The notes: generated from the sequence alone by a model not told the origin. 64,000 nucleotides of DNA from Octopus vulgaris (GCA_951406725.2 OX597818.1:116188001-116252000), one strand, 5' to 3'. Positions 11,677 through 25,956 are shown, counted from the stretch's first letter. Numbers and translations: made by a program.

Positions 11677-12045
11677 TTTAGCAAACTCCATCATCGCCTA
11701 TGGAATGAAAGGGGCGTTACACTTGAAACCAAAGTACAGATTTATAAAGCTACCATTTTTACTATTCTCTTGCATTGCTCGGAATCGTGGACAGCCTGTA
11801 GATGGTACATTAACCAACTAGACGTCTTCCATAAAGGCTGTCTCAGGACAATCTGCGGTTGTTCGAGCTGTTTAACAAGTGTAAGATTGTTAAAATCGAG
11901 AGTTTCCTTATGTAGTCGCAATTGTGCTGGGCTGGTCATAAGTTCAGACAGAGTAATGACTGAATGCCTAAAGCACTCGTGTACGTCCAGTTTAATAGCA
12001 GTCACAGGAACTTTGGTCATGGCTCAGATATAAGGACAAACTGAT
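11677..12045 (+). mobile_element. Degenerate RTE-clade LINE C-terminal fragment
   Basis: FSKLHHRLWNERGVTLETKVQIYKATIFTILLHCSESWT...QLDVFHKGCLRTICG...QLCWAGH, with stops and deletions. Confidence 0.8.
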
Positions 12046-12306
12046 GAGTTACCATAGCAACAATCCTGATACTTTTTCTTCAAATCTTGTATAGAATCTT
12101 TAAAGTGAAAAGTGAAATCATTGGGGATTCTTGAAGAGAAATTCAAGAGTTCTTATTTCAAAACAGAAGCTGAATGGTTAAATCAGGGTTTTGAATAAAC
12201 TAGTAAAACGTTCATAAACCAATTAAGCGGGGTGGGTGGGGGTGGGTGCTGAAGGATTACTACATTAAAAACACCCTTCAAAATAGGGATGAAGATATAT
12301 GATGAA

Positions 12307-12348
<42 letters not shown>

Positions 12349-12844
12349 AACGAACACATTGTCGAGGACATCGGCAATGACGTTGGCGATGATAATTGTG
12401 ATGATGATGATAGTGGCAGTGGTGGTTTTCCTTGATAATAATGATGATAGTGACAACGACGACGATGTTTGCGACTATGATGAAGACAGCTGAGATATCC
12501 GTGTTGATAATGTCGATGAAATTTGCAAAGATGACAAGATTGAAATAGCTAAATAGCAGACGCTATGGCTTCGGCAGTGATCATGATAAAATGTATAAAA
12601 CACATATATGATATAAGATAGCTCTTGCTCCAGACTCGGCAACGTAACTAAACTTCTACTCAACTGAGAGTGGTTCGATCCATAGAAAAGTTACCACTGT
12701 TATTCATATCAACGTTTATTGTTGTAGACGTTGCTTTCTTATTTAACTTAGGACCCAACTTAGAAGAGTAGATTTATGAAGTGACACATTCCAGCTGTTA
12801 TTACCCTTGTCTTTGCAGACAAAAGTATTGCAATTGGTTACTTG

Positions 12845-13095
<251 letters not shown>

Positions 13096-13329
13096 CCTAT
13101 CTGTCTTTCTGTCTGTCTGTCTGTCTGTCTCCAAAATTAAGCTTCTCAAACCAGAAAGGAGAAAGCTGATTCGAAGATTACAGATCCAAACCATTAATGG
13201 AACTGTAAAAATCTGTAAAACTTTCCCGGAGTTTATCATTTATGTATATATGAGCATGTCTAGATAAGCAACGATATGCATAAAACGAGAAAAACTTCGA
13301 ACAAGATCAAAAAGTTAACAGAAGAAATG

Positions 13330-13958
13330 ACACATGGTTATGTGCAGACTCATACAAAATTCCTTGCAACTATCATGATTTTAGGGGTAGTCAGCAATGG
13401 AGGACATATGATGCCTCATTACTTCTTTCCACAAGACCTTAGAGTTAACTCTGCCGCCTACATTGAGGTCCTGGAAATAATTCTTAAGCCTTGGATTGAC
13501 AGTGTATGCAATGGAAGGCCATGTGTATTTCAGTAAGACTCTGCACTATCACACATGGCTTTGGTAACACAGGAATGGATGGCTGAAAATTTTCAGGATC
13601 ACATAACCCCTAGTATTTGGCCTCCTAATTCCCCAGATCTCAATCCATTGGACTATTATATGTTGAGCTTTGAGAGAGAGGTCAATGAACACGCCCATAA
13701 TACCAAAGATTCTTTGAAAGCTGCCATAGTCAGAGTAATGTCCAAAATAAACCAGGGCCACTTGATTCGAGCATGTAAATGATTTAGATCTCATATAGAA
13801 GCAGTTGTTCAAGCTGAAGGTTACTGCATTGAATAACATTATAGAACAGAAGGTTTATTTCTATCCTCATAACATATTTTGATAAATAATGTTATTATCG
13901 GTTATTATATATCTGCTTTTTTTTGTAAACATAAATCTGTCTTCAAATACGCACCCTA
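13330..13958 (+). mobile_element. DD37D (maT-type) Tc1/mariner transposase 3' half with right end, inactivated
   Basis: IMILGVVSNGG...FQ*DSALSH...IWPPNSPDLNPLDYY, with exactly 37 residues between the second and third catalytic Asp. Ends IEAVVQAEGYCIE*; the terminus caccct adjoins (TA)n. Confidence 0.88.
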
Positions 13959-14031
13959 TATATATATATATATATATATATTTACATACACATACATACA
14001 CATATACATGTATATACATACTTGCATATAG

Positions 14032-14061
<30 letters not shown>

Positions 14062-14062
<1 letters not shown>

Positions 14063-14126
14063 AACCCCCCTTTTTTTTGTCCTCTTTCTCTCCTTTTACG
14101 ATCCCTTTTGATCGAAACTCCCCCTT

Positions 14127-14160
<34 letters not shown>

Positions 14161-14232
14161 CTTCAAAAGAAAAGCTCTACCTTGTAATTTGTTCTATCTG
14201 TGTGCAGCCCTGTGTGGCTAATAAAGAAACAT
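14062..14232 (+). mobile_element. LINE-like 3' UTR remnant inserted in (TATC)n
   Basis: Second copy of the 12845-12992 repeat, with (TATC)n on both sides. Confidence 0.65.
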
Positions 14233-14245
14233 ATCTATCCATCTG

Positions 14246-14329
<84 letters not shown>

Positions 14330-14606
14330 CAGGCACAGGCGAGGCTGTGGTCATAAGTTTGCCTCCCAACCACATGATTCTGGGTTCACTCTTAGTGTGT
14401 GGAACTTAAGGTAAGTGTTTTCTACTTTGGTCTCGGGCCAACAAAAGCCTTGAGTGTAGATTCCCCCCACCCAAAAGACACCGATAGAATAATTACCAGG
14501 CTTTAAAACGCATTAAACACGGGTAGATTCATTCGTCTAAAAATTTTCAAGGTGGTGCCCCAGCATGGTCACAGTTTAACGATTGAAAGAAATAAAAAAT
14601 GAAAGA
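14330..14606 (+). mobile_element. Diverged, internally deleted family-B SINE
   Basis: caaccacatgattctgggttcact, aaagccttgagtg, ggtggtgccccagcatggtcacagt. Confidence 0.7.
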
Positions 14607-14622
14607 TTCATATACACACGTA

Positions 14623-14855
14623 CAGTAATCTCTCGCCATATCGCGGTTCACCTATCGCGGTTTACTTATTGCGGTTTATTATTTAGGCTTATGTCGATTC
14701 CTCCGTGGTATTGTTTTATATTTTTAATAAAATAAATATATACAAGTTATAAAAATAATAAAAAAATATACAGTACAGTACTGTTTCTACTTCACGGATT
14801 TTCACCTATCGCGGGGTTTTGCAACGTAACACCCGCGATAGTCGAGGGATTACTG
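14623..14855. mobile_element. Tigger/pogo-like MITE
   Basis: TA|cagtaatctctcgccatatcgcgg ... ccgcgatagtcgagggattactg|TA: roughly 24-bp TIRs with a TA TSD. Confidence 0.85.
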
Positions 14856-14880
14856 TATGTATATTCATATAAGTGCATAG

Positions 14881-14921
<41 letters not shown>

Positions 14922-15841
14922 TGTGTGTTGTACGAGTTTATACGTATCTATGTATATGCCATCGAATTATGAATATTCTTCAGATAATTTCCGTTCTTTC
15001 ATTTCTTGTTTAACTCTAGTGAGTAACAATGGAAAAATTAAAAAAAAATTATATATATTTACAGAAAATATAAGAAAAACAAAAATGTCACTACCAAGTG
15101 ATTCTGGACACACTGAGAAACAATTACCTTGTAATTAATTCTTTAGCTTTATGATAACTCATTTAGCTCTGCCAAATAATTATCGAACATAATGTGTAAA
15201 TACAGAGAGCGAGAGAGAGTGAGAGAGAGCGCTGTTTCGAAACGATTGTAATTTAAATTTTTGTTTCTATTTGTCGTATATATTTATATTTTAAATAGCA
15301 ACTAGATTGTTTACAGAATGATTCTGTTTAAAGGTCTTATTTAATTTTGTTGTCGATTATAACTATTTTCTCGAGGAAATATATTAGTTTGTATTTCTTC
15401 TGTAATTAAGTTTCACGCCATTACAAATGTAGTCTGTCGCTATGTCATATTTACATCATTTACTCGACATAATTTATCCGACTGAATTATGTAAAATTAT
15501 TGACAAAATAATATGGTATAAATTTTTTTAATTTTCTAGAAATGAAATGCAAACTGGACTTTTTACTTGCAATTTATCCTCGGGTAAATCCCAATTTTGG
15601 AGACCTATGAAGAGAATTATTTCTCCCTGCGACTATCTTATATTTTTGTTTATGAAAATTATAGTGTGTTAACGTGTTTTTTTAAGATGGTAGGATGTGA
15701 TTTAAGAGATGTTTGGCTGCTATTTCTAGTAGGTTGCTTTCTAACGGTTATTTCGTCTGACATATCGCAATAAGAAATTCATAAAATATATTCTACATTA
15801 TTTATATTCGACGGATATTTGTCCTCATCTTGTTTGTTGTT

Positions 15842-15887
15842 AACACAACGTTTCGGCTGATATACCCTGCAGCCTTCATCAGGTGTC
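15842..15887 (-). ncRNA. Minimal type I hammerhead ribozyme motif (Penelope-like-element type)
   Basis: RNA GACAC-CUGAUGA-A-GGCUG-(10 nt)-CAGCC-GAAA-CG-UU-GUGUU: canonical core, 5-bp stem I, 5-bp stem II, and palindromic AACGUU in place of stem III. Confidence 0.7.
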
Positions 15888-15906
15888 TTGGGGAAATTTC
15901 GAACCT

Positions 15907-16558
15907 GGGGAGGGGACCAGTCGATTAGATCGACCTCAATACGCAACTGGTATTTAATTTATGGACCCCGAAAGGATGAAAGGCAAAGTCGACCTCGGCG
16001 AAATTTGAACTGAGAACGTGAAGACGGACGAAATACTGCCAAGCATTTCGCCCGGCGTGCTAACAGTTCTGCCAGTTCGCCGCCTTGGAAATGTACTAAA
16101 TATTCTTTTCTACTCTAGGCACAAGGCCCGAAATTTTTGGAGCGGGAGCCAGTGGATTAGATGGACGCCAGTATGCAATTGGTACTTAATTTATCGACTT
16201 CGAAAGCATGAAAGGCAAAGTCGACCTCTACGGGAAATGCACTAAATATTGTTTGAAAAAGGGGGAAAAATTTATATGATCAAATGCATACAATCCATGG
16301 TTAACGTAATTGATTTTGCTGTTATTATCTTTGATACTGTTCAATTGGCGAGCTGGCAGAATTGTTAGCATGCTGTACGAAATGCTTAGCGGTATTTCGC
16401 CTGTCGCTACGTTCTGAGTTCAAATTCCGCCGAGGTCGACTTTGCCTTTTATCCTTTCGGGGTCGATTAAATTAAGTACCAGTTGTGTACTGAATCGATC
16501 TAATCGACAGGTCCCCTCCCCCCAAATTTCGGGCCTTGTGCCTAGAATAGAAAAGAAT
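15907..16558. mobile_element. Cluster of three family-A SINEs (two minus at 15907-16230, one plus at 16346-16558)
   Basis: Conserved core gaaaggatgaaaggcaaagtcgacctcggcg and its reverse complement. Confidence 0.85.
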
Positions 16559-17102
16559 ATTTAAAAACAAGTAGATGAAAGCAAGTGTTTTACTACACAT
16601 TATACTCATAAGTTGTGGATCATGAGAAATGGCTTAACTTTTATGAATGTTATATTTTAAGCGAAACATATTAATCAAGGAAACATATTAATTAAAAATC
16701 TTAAATTCATTAACAGTGTGAAATGTCAGATACTATTTAGAGAAATAATTCATTTAGAACAATTATGTATATTTACATAGACTTTTAAATAAAAGCAAGT
16801 TTACTCAGAAAATCTTGAATGAATGTACTTAAAGAATGTTTGCTAAAGCTGATTGGTTATTATTTTGTACATGTTTATAAAACTCAAATCGAAACAAATT
16901 CGCTAAGAATTTATGCAACAATTTCTTTAGAATCAACACATCCAGATTAAGTAAAAGACAATACTATTCCAATGGGACAAATTTGTGCCTGGAATACAGC
17001 GTTTTTAGCTGCTCCGCAACCAATTCAAATTTCTGTTTTGTTTTGCATATTAATTAAGTTCCAATTTAGTATTGAGTTTATAAATATTATCTCTCTTTCA
17101 TG

Positions 17103-17680
17103 TGAGGGTAGGCTGAAAACTTCATGAACTGGCTATGAAGGAGTGATGCTAGACCTATTATATCTTGCATGTATTAATTTCAACTCTTCTAATTAATAAC
17201 TGCATCGTTTCTTGACAGGCTAACTGACATCTGACATCAAAGAGGACTTTAAAATAACTAGTAGCGACTTCTCTTTGAAATAGACAAGATTTGGAAACTT
17301 TGTGTTATCAAGTATCTGTAGAAAAATGGTTTAGCCCCGAACGACATTCATGTTGGCATGGTTGCTACATTAGGGGATGACACTCAAGCTTCATCAACAG
17401 TGTAAACGTGGGTATCTGAATTTAGGAGGGGAGGGCAGAGTCTTGAAGATGACCCGAGATCTGAACGTCCTGCAACTGCCACCACTGAAGAAAACATTGA
17501 CCGTGTTTACCACATGATGATGGAAGGCAGGCGATTGACTCTAATAGCCAATGCTATTAGGATATCCCGTTAGAGAGCTGAGAATATTCTGTATAATGAA
17601 CTTGGCATGACGGAGGCTGTTGTTCAGTAGATGCTACTTCTTCTGACGTCTGATCAAAAGCGCACCAGACTGACCATATG
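17103..17680 (+). mobile_element. Degenerate mariner 5' half
   Basis: TIR-like gagggtaggctgaaaacttcat, then VIKYL*KNGLAPNDIH...WVSEFRRGGQSLEDDPRSERPATATTEENIDRV...LLTSDQKRTRL with several stops. Confidence 0.8.
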
Positions 17681-17931
17681 TGGAACTTCATTCCATAAAT
17701 TCATCATACAATATATCTATATATCTATATATCTATATATATATAGTTTCGGGGTGGTCATTTCTTTCTTGCCAAATAAACACACGCATTATATATTTGT
17801 TCTTCACACTTTTAGTATTGTTCTTATTTTATGTTATGTCCACTGTCTAGAAATCTTTCGTCACACATTTATGACCTCTTCAGCGAATCTTCTATCCCAC
17901 GTGTTTTCTCCTGTTCTGCTTCGTTCATTCT

Positions 17932-18035
<104 letters not shown>

Positions 18036-18300
18036 TATAATTTTGTGATGAAATATAAAGATGTTATCTGACAATTTTCTATCCATCAGTAACTAATTTA
18101 ATAGATGCAGATAAGAAAATCGGCTTAACTCGGTTCCATATTATTCCAACATTTGTCTGAAATTGGGAAAGCGTGTAAGATAGATACAAGAAAAATTAAC
18201 GTTAGTGCGTCGAATTTCAACGCTAGAGAACGTTCGTTAAAGAAAATTACATACCAACACACATCATCTTTAATTTTCACAGTGTCTGTTACCGTACCTG

Positions 18301-18366
<66 letters not shown>

Positions 18367-18588
18367 GCCTACACACACACAGACCCATGCACACACATGT
18401 ATATTTTAGGTCATACTATTCAACCTTTCACCTCTAGTTATCAATATTTTTTGCTATCAATGCGTTAAAACATTTGATAAGTAGAACCATATCAATGAAA
18501 TAGTTACGGCACAAAATAGTGATTATTTTGGGCCAAAATATAAACATATGCACACCCACACACACACACACATACACACACACATATT

Positions 18589-18620
<32 letters not shown>

Positions 18621-18882
18621 GGTTATAAAATGAGATAGGGGTTGAAAATTCAACCCACCATGGGATAATATATATCCAATATACTGCCAGATAGGTACCC
18701 AACAAGAACGTAATATATATATATATATATATATATGGAAAAAAAGTCAAGATAGAAAAGGCTAAAATAATTTTATACAAATGTTTCTGTACCGGTTTCA
18801 GTCACTGAGACTTTTTCAACTGTAAGTATGGAAAAAGATTAAATTTTGGAAGAATTAAAAAAGTTTTTAAAAGAATATTTGC

Positions 18883-19038
18883 GAGTGGCTGTGTGGTAAG
18901 TAGCTTGTTTACCAACCACATGGTTCCGGGTTCAGTCCCACTGCGTGGCACCTTGGGCAAGTGTATTCTACTATAGCCTCGGGCCGACCAAAGCCTTGTG
19001 AGTGGATTTGGTAGACGGAAACTGAAAGAAGCCTGTCG

Positions 19039-19075
<37 letters not shown>

Positions 19076-19268
19076 ATGTGTTTGTCCCCCTAGCATTGCT
19101 TGACAACCGATGCTGGTGTGTTTATTTCCTTGTTACTGAGCGGTTCGGCAAAAGAGACCGATAGAATAAGTACTGGGCTTACAAAAGAATAAGTCCCGGG
19201 GTCGAGTTGCTCGATTAAAGGCGGTGCTCCAGCATGGCCGCAGTCAAGTGACTGAAACAAGTAAAAAA
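18883..19268 (+). mobile_element. Family-B SINE (tRNA head, CORE-like block, internal (TA)n/(TG)n)
   Basis: A-box-like tggctgtgtggtaag, B-box-like ggttcagtccc, CORE-like accttgggcaagtg, internal microsatellite near 19039-19080, tail gactgaaacaagtaaaa. Confidence 0.87.
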
Positions 19269-19316
19269 AAAAATAGTGTTCAAATACAAGTGGCATTTTC
19301 CTTGTTTCTGCCTGTC

Positions 19317-19398
<82 letters not shown>

Positions 19399-19603
19399 AT
19401 TATTATATGTAGAAAAATACAAACTGGGACAAGAACGCAAAACACTTAGAAGACGATACAAAAAACACGGACGGGACATTCGAAGCCCTCAGTCTTCAAT
19501 CAAGAACCGGATCATCGTAGCAATTTCGGCTGATTAATCTTGAGATCGCTCCGATCCGGCCAGCCCCCAGGAAAAACTGAGCTACGAGCATTAGAAAAAC
19601 TAA

Positions 19604-19653
<50 letters not shown>

Positions 19654-20274
19654 ATATTGGTGTATATACATATACATACATACTGACAAACAAATATGCT
19701 TAGATATACGTACGACAGTGAAAGATTACAATCTTAAAATTGACACTACAAGAAATAAAGGAATAAAAAACATTCAAAATTAATTAAAAAAAAACAAAAT
19801 CACACCAACAGAAAGGGTAAATGAAGGCAAATTTTTTTTAAAATACCAACATGTATAATTGGAAATCCATAAAAATGAAATATGGCTTCAATGAAAGAAA
19901 GTGAAATTGCATACCATATAGCTATCTAATTAACGCTGTATATATTTTATATATTCAAAATGATATTTGTACTGTGTTAATAATTAGGCCTCGGTATTTC
20001 GTTTTCAGATCTATACTAATAGCATTAATTTTTTGTCTTTAACATTATGGTTAAATGTATTAGAGTAATTACGTTCAAGACAATAATTGCTTTTCGTGAT
20101 TGATATCTTATTAATTTGTTTGCTAATTATCTCTAGAGAAATTGGCAACTCATTAAATGCATGATCGTTAAATCTCTACGATTCACACGTACGCCTATAA
20201 CGCGCAAATGGCTGCATCTTTTCAAAACGTTGAGCTATCCACACTATTATCTATGTATGTATGTTTGTATGTTT

Positions 20275-20950
<676 letters not shown>

Positions 20951-21324
20951 TACTAGCCTGCTTGGTTAACACGCGTATGTGTGTGTATGTGCGTGTGTGT
21001 GTCTCTATGTGTGTATGAGTCTGAGCGTGTATATGTATGTGTACGTGTGTGTATGTGTAAGCATGTGTATGTATGTGCATGCGTGCGTGCGTTTGTGTAT
21101 GAGTTTGTGCATCATTTGAAGGTTAAAACAGTTCAAAAGCATCTGTTAGCCTAGTCGGTCACGTGATATATATATATATCAATATATGTGTGCGTGAGGT
21201 GATCGACCACACTATCGGATGTTATACATCGCTTGTCACAATGCACGTTTGCATTGTTTTAGCTTCGAAATATTGCCCGCTCGTTGGTGGGGAAGGATGG
21301 GGTGGTGGCGGTGGTGGTGGTGCA

Positions 21325-21485
21325 GTCTGCCACGGGGTTACTCATTTAATCGTGAGTGGGCATGTGGAGCAACGTGAAGTGGAGTGTCTTGTTTAAGAGG
21401 ACATTGGCCGGCTCAGTCCGGAAATCGAAACCAAGTTTAAAGATCGCGAGAGCAACACCCAAGACTCACAACTACGCGGCTTCAC
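21325..21485 (-). mobile_element. Degenerate family-C SINE
   Basis: ggagcaacgtgaagtggagtgtcttg and gaaatcgaaacca match the 57548-57810 element. Confidence 0.6.
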
Positions 21486-21486
21486 T

Positions 21487-21920
21487 ACACACACACACAT
21501 GCACGGACATACAGATGAACACACATATACACACAAGCGCACACACACGCACACACGCACTCATACACACACGTGCACACACAGACACGTGCGTACACTC
21601 AGCCGCACACACACATAGACACATGCATACGCCTGCACACACATAGGCACACAGACGCACACACGCATACACACACATACACACGCAAACGTGCACACAT
21701 ACACTGACGCAGACGCACACATACACGAACACACATATACACACACACAGATACGCACACACATACACACGCACAGACTCATTCACACATATGCACACAG
21801 ACGTACACACAGCGACACACACATACACGCATATACACATACATGCACATACACATACATACACATACACACACGTACACTCACACATACACACACTCAC
21901 ACTCACACATACACAAACAC
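21487..21920. repeat. Degenerate (CA)n tract
   Basis: Direct reading. Confidence 0.9.
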
Positions 21921-22264
21921 CATGAATATAAAGACGACGAACATCTGCTAAGCATTTTGTTTCCTATGTTAACGACGACGAACATCTGCTAAGCATTTTG
22001 TTTCCTATGTTAACGATTCTGTCAGCTTCCTGCCTTTGACCACACATAATATTAACTATTGCAATAATTAGTCATGTAATTATTATTAAAAAAAAAATAT
22101 ATATATATATATAATTATAATCAAAATAAGCAACAAGAATGACTCAGGTAATTTGGCACAATTGTTTCGCACTACATCATTTTATTAAATGTTGTAAGTA
22201 TTACAACAGATTTAAGATGCTGAGTACTCATCAGCCAATTATAGAGGTTTTCCATTAATACAAA

Positions 22265-22306
<42 letters not shown>

Positions 22307-22307
22307 T

Positions 22308-22464
22308 GGAGTCGTGGCTTTGTGGTAAGTAGCTTGCTTACCAACCACATGGTTCCAGATTCAGTTCCATTGCGTGATACCTTGGGCAAGTGTCTTGTAC
22401 TATAACTTCGGGACGACCAAAACCTTGTGAGTGGATTTGTTAGACGGAAACTGAAAGAAGCCCC

Positions 22465-22538
<74 letters not shown>

Positions 22539-22737
22539 GTGTGTGTGTATGCTTGTGTGTCCGTGCTTGACAACCGATGCTGGTGTATTTACTTCCCGTA
22601 ACTGAGCGGTTCAGCAAAAGAGAACGATAGAATAAGTACTAGGCTTACAAAGAATAAGTCCCGGGGACAGTTTGTTCAACGAAAGGTGGTGCTCCTCTAT
22701 GGGCGCAGTCAAATGACTGAAACTAGTGAAAGAATAA
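22308..22737 (+). mobile_element. Family-B SINE
   Basis: Colinear with 18883-19268; the internal (TA)n is longer. Confidence 0.87.
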
Positions 22738-22934
22738 ACCCAACGAGACAGCTTCTTCTGAGGTCAAGAGAAAGATTCTACAGAACAAAGAAGTCTAGTG
22801 AGTCAATGTGAGAGATTCTACAGAGTTAATGGAGTCTGTATTGAGCCATTGCGGAGACTTGACATACTCTCCTGACATGTGAGACAGATAGACTAATCTC
22901 GCATCACACGTTAATGAAAGAAGAGATATTCATT

Positions 22935-23560
22935 TGTATTCTAGGCACAAGGCCTGAAATGTTTCTGTGGAGAGGATGCCAATCAATTAAATCAACCCCA
23001 GTAGGCAACTGGTACTTCATTTATATACCCCGAAAGGATGTAAGGCAAAGTCGACCTCGGGGGAATTTGAACTCAGACTGTAAAGACAGCCGAAATACCG
23101 TTTGGCATTTCGCCCGTTGTTCTAACGTTTCTTATTTCTTTATTGCCAATAAGGGGCTAAACATAGAGGGGACAAACAAGGATAGACAAACGGATTAAGT
23201 CGATTACATCGACCCCAGTGCGTAACTGGTACTTAATTTATCGACCCCCTAAAGGATGAAAGGCAAAGTCGACCTCGGCATAGCATTTCGACCGGCGTGC
23301 TAAAGTTTCTGCCAGCTCACGTATTTAATAATAATAACAATCTTTTCTACTCTAGGCACAAGGCCCAAAGTTTTTTTTTTTGGTGGGGGGAGCCAGTCGA
23401 TTAGATCGATTCCAGAACGCAAATGGTACTTAATTTATAGACCCCGAAAGGATGAAAGGCAAAGCTGACCTCGGCAGAATTTGAACTCAGGACGTAACGA
23501 CAGACAAAATACCGCCAAGTATTTCGCCCGGCGTGCTAACGATTCTGCCAGCTCGCCGCC
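22935..23560 (-). mobile_element. Three tandem family-A SINEs
   Basis: The core recurs near 23030, 23250 and 23445, with both tail types present. Confidence 0.85.
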
Positions 23561-23877
23561 TAATAAAAGAAGAGATATTGGCGAATATAGTCTCTGACGC
23601 ACACACACATAGCCGCACACACAGAGACGCACATGCACATATACACACGCATACTCACACACTCACACACATAGACACACAGACACAGACACACACACAC
23701 ATACATACTCACACATGCACACACAGATGCACACGCACAGATACACACACCTACACACACAGACGCACACACACATACACACATACGCAGACGCATACGC
23801 ACATGTAGACAACACACACACACAAACACACACACGCACACACTCACATACACACATACACACACAGACGCACACAA

Positions 23878-24180
23878 ATACATTGCCTTTTCTATTTTTC
23901 CCACTTCCACCTGTTCAATCTTCTTGTACTCCAAAGAGTAAACCTTGTAAGTAATGGTTTTTCTCTCCATGTTTTCCATGATTCTTTTCGGGGGAGACAA
24001 CTTCACCTCACCTCCCACCTTCTGTGTCACCTTGCCATACTCCTTCAATCCAGCTAGGTCCACCTCCCTCCTCTTCACCGTCGCAGCCTCAGCAAAACTC
24101 TTTGTCTTTTCCAAATATTTCTCCATTTTTTCACCGCCTCAACGAGCTCCTCCTCCGCTGAAAATAACTCAGACCCACTA
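23878..24180 (-). mobile_element. Probable LINE 5' end (short 5' UTR and ORF1 N-terminus), truncated into a (TG)n-like tract
   Basis: A non-repetitive open frame runs from ATG 24126: MEKYLEKTKSFAEAATVKRREVDL...IEQVEVGKIEKAMY, after a roughly 50-nt leader. The S(Y/F)AxA motif is common in LINE ORF1. A host exon is not excluded. Confidence 0.45.
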
Positions 24181-24219
24181 AGGTCTGAATACATTGTCTC
24201 TATAGTGAGATAATATACC

Positions 24220-24707
24220 TATTTCTTTACTATCCACAAGGGGCTAAACACAGAGGGGACAAGCAAGGACAGACAAACGGATTAAGTCGATTATATCAAC
24301 TCAAGTGCGTAACTGGTACTTATTTAATCGACCCCGAAAGGATGAAAGGCAAAGTCGACCTCGGCGGAATTTGAACTCAGAACGTAGCGGCAGACGAAAT
24401 ACCGCTAAGCATTTCGCCCGGCGTGCTAACGTTTCTGCCAGCTCGCCGCCTTGCCAGTGAGATAATATACTTATTTCTTTATTACCCACAAGGGGCTAAA
24501 CATAGAGGGGACAAACAAGGAGAGACATAGGTATTAAGTCGATTACATCGACCCCAGTGCGCAACTGGTACTTAATTTATCGACCCCGAAAGGATGAAAG
24601 GCAAAGTCGACCTCGGCGGAATTTGAACTCAGAACGCAGCGGCAGACGAAATACCACTAGGCATTTCGCCCGGCGTGCTAACTTTTCTGCCAGCTCACCG
24701 CCTTGCC
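24220..24707 (-). mobile_element. Two full-length family-A SINEs separated and flanked by a triplicated target site
   Basis: agtgagataatatac occurs at 24204-24218, 24456-24470 and 24708-24722. Confidence 0.9.
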
Positions 24708-25761
24708 AGTGAGATAATATACCGTTAAACCGCTGTCAAGTAGCACAAACAATCACGTCCGACTTGTCCAAAATCAACAAAGCAAAACATCTTCGAATGC
24801 GCGGAAGTAAGCAAGCTACTTACCACACAGCCACTCCTGCGCCTATAACAATGTTGAAGAAACACTTTTATATTTTTCTACTATTTTCTCAACGGAGAGA
24901 TGATTTGTATGCTATAGTTTCTATACAAAATATCTTTTTTTTAAACTGCACTGTGGGAATCACTGCACATAGCTTTTGTCGATATTCCTGTCAGAAATTT
25001 TATATGGGTTCTATCATGTGTATTTTCTCAAGTTAAATTTTACTTTTATTTAAAAAAAATTATAATGAATCTGTGGTACCAAAGACGTTGTATGAGAAAT
25101 AATAGAAAAATTTCACAAAGACTCGAAATGATAACGGCCATATTGAAAACTGAAGACAGATTAATGTGACAGTGGTGGGGTAAGTACTATGACAACCGTA
25201 TTCATGAGATAACTTGCTGTAATTTTATGAGCGGTTCTACAGCGACCTTATTCCCCTGGTGGATGTCAAGCAACCTTAAAATAACTGACGTGCAAATAAG
25301 GTTGATATTTATTTTAATTCAAACATTACGTGTTCTCTGTCAATAGTCAATGAGAGAAAATATCAGTCGTATACGGTTATAGATAGTATCGGTTATACTG
25401 ATTCTGCAAATTTGTAACACTGTGCTTGTGAGAACGATTCCTTGTTCTTACCTCTGCATATTGTTATCACTGCTTTCACGGAGGTAACGTGAGGATAATA
25501 ATGATCAAACATGTAAATATTTAGAACATGTTTATTGGGTATTAAAACATTTTAAAACAACATTTCGTAATACACACATGAAAGATAGTAAATGAGCATT
25601 GAACAATTGCATCCCTACAGCTATTTAGAAAATATATTAATATTGCGGAACATACACACTCGTTCACAAATGCGTAAACAGATTTAAACATTATACATTA
25701 TATACATACATTCATACATATACATACATACATAAAATCCATACAGATACATACATACAAA

Positions 25762-25815
<54 letters not shown>

Positions 25816-25916
25816 AATATTCATACATATACATAGATATAAATATATGGATATATATATATATGTATATAATTGTATACTTGAAATATGTGTATATGTA
25901 TATGCATGTATATATA

Positions 25917-25956
<40 letters not shown>

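Noticed and set aside
21933-22014. 41-bp tandem duplication (also a 24-bp repeat at 59056/59089)
   Set aside because: Simple local slippage, the first inside a decayed SINE head; no further structure.
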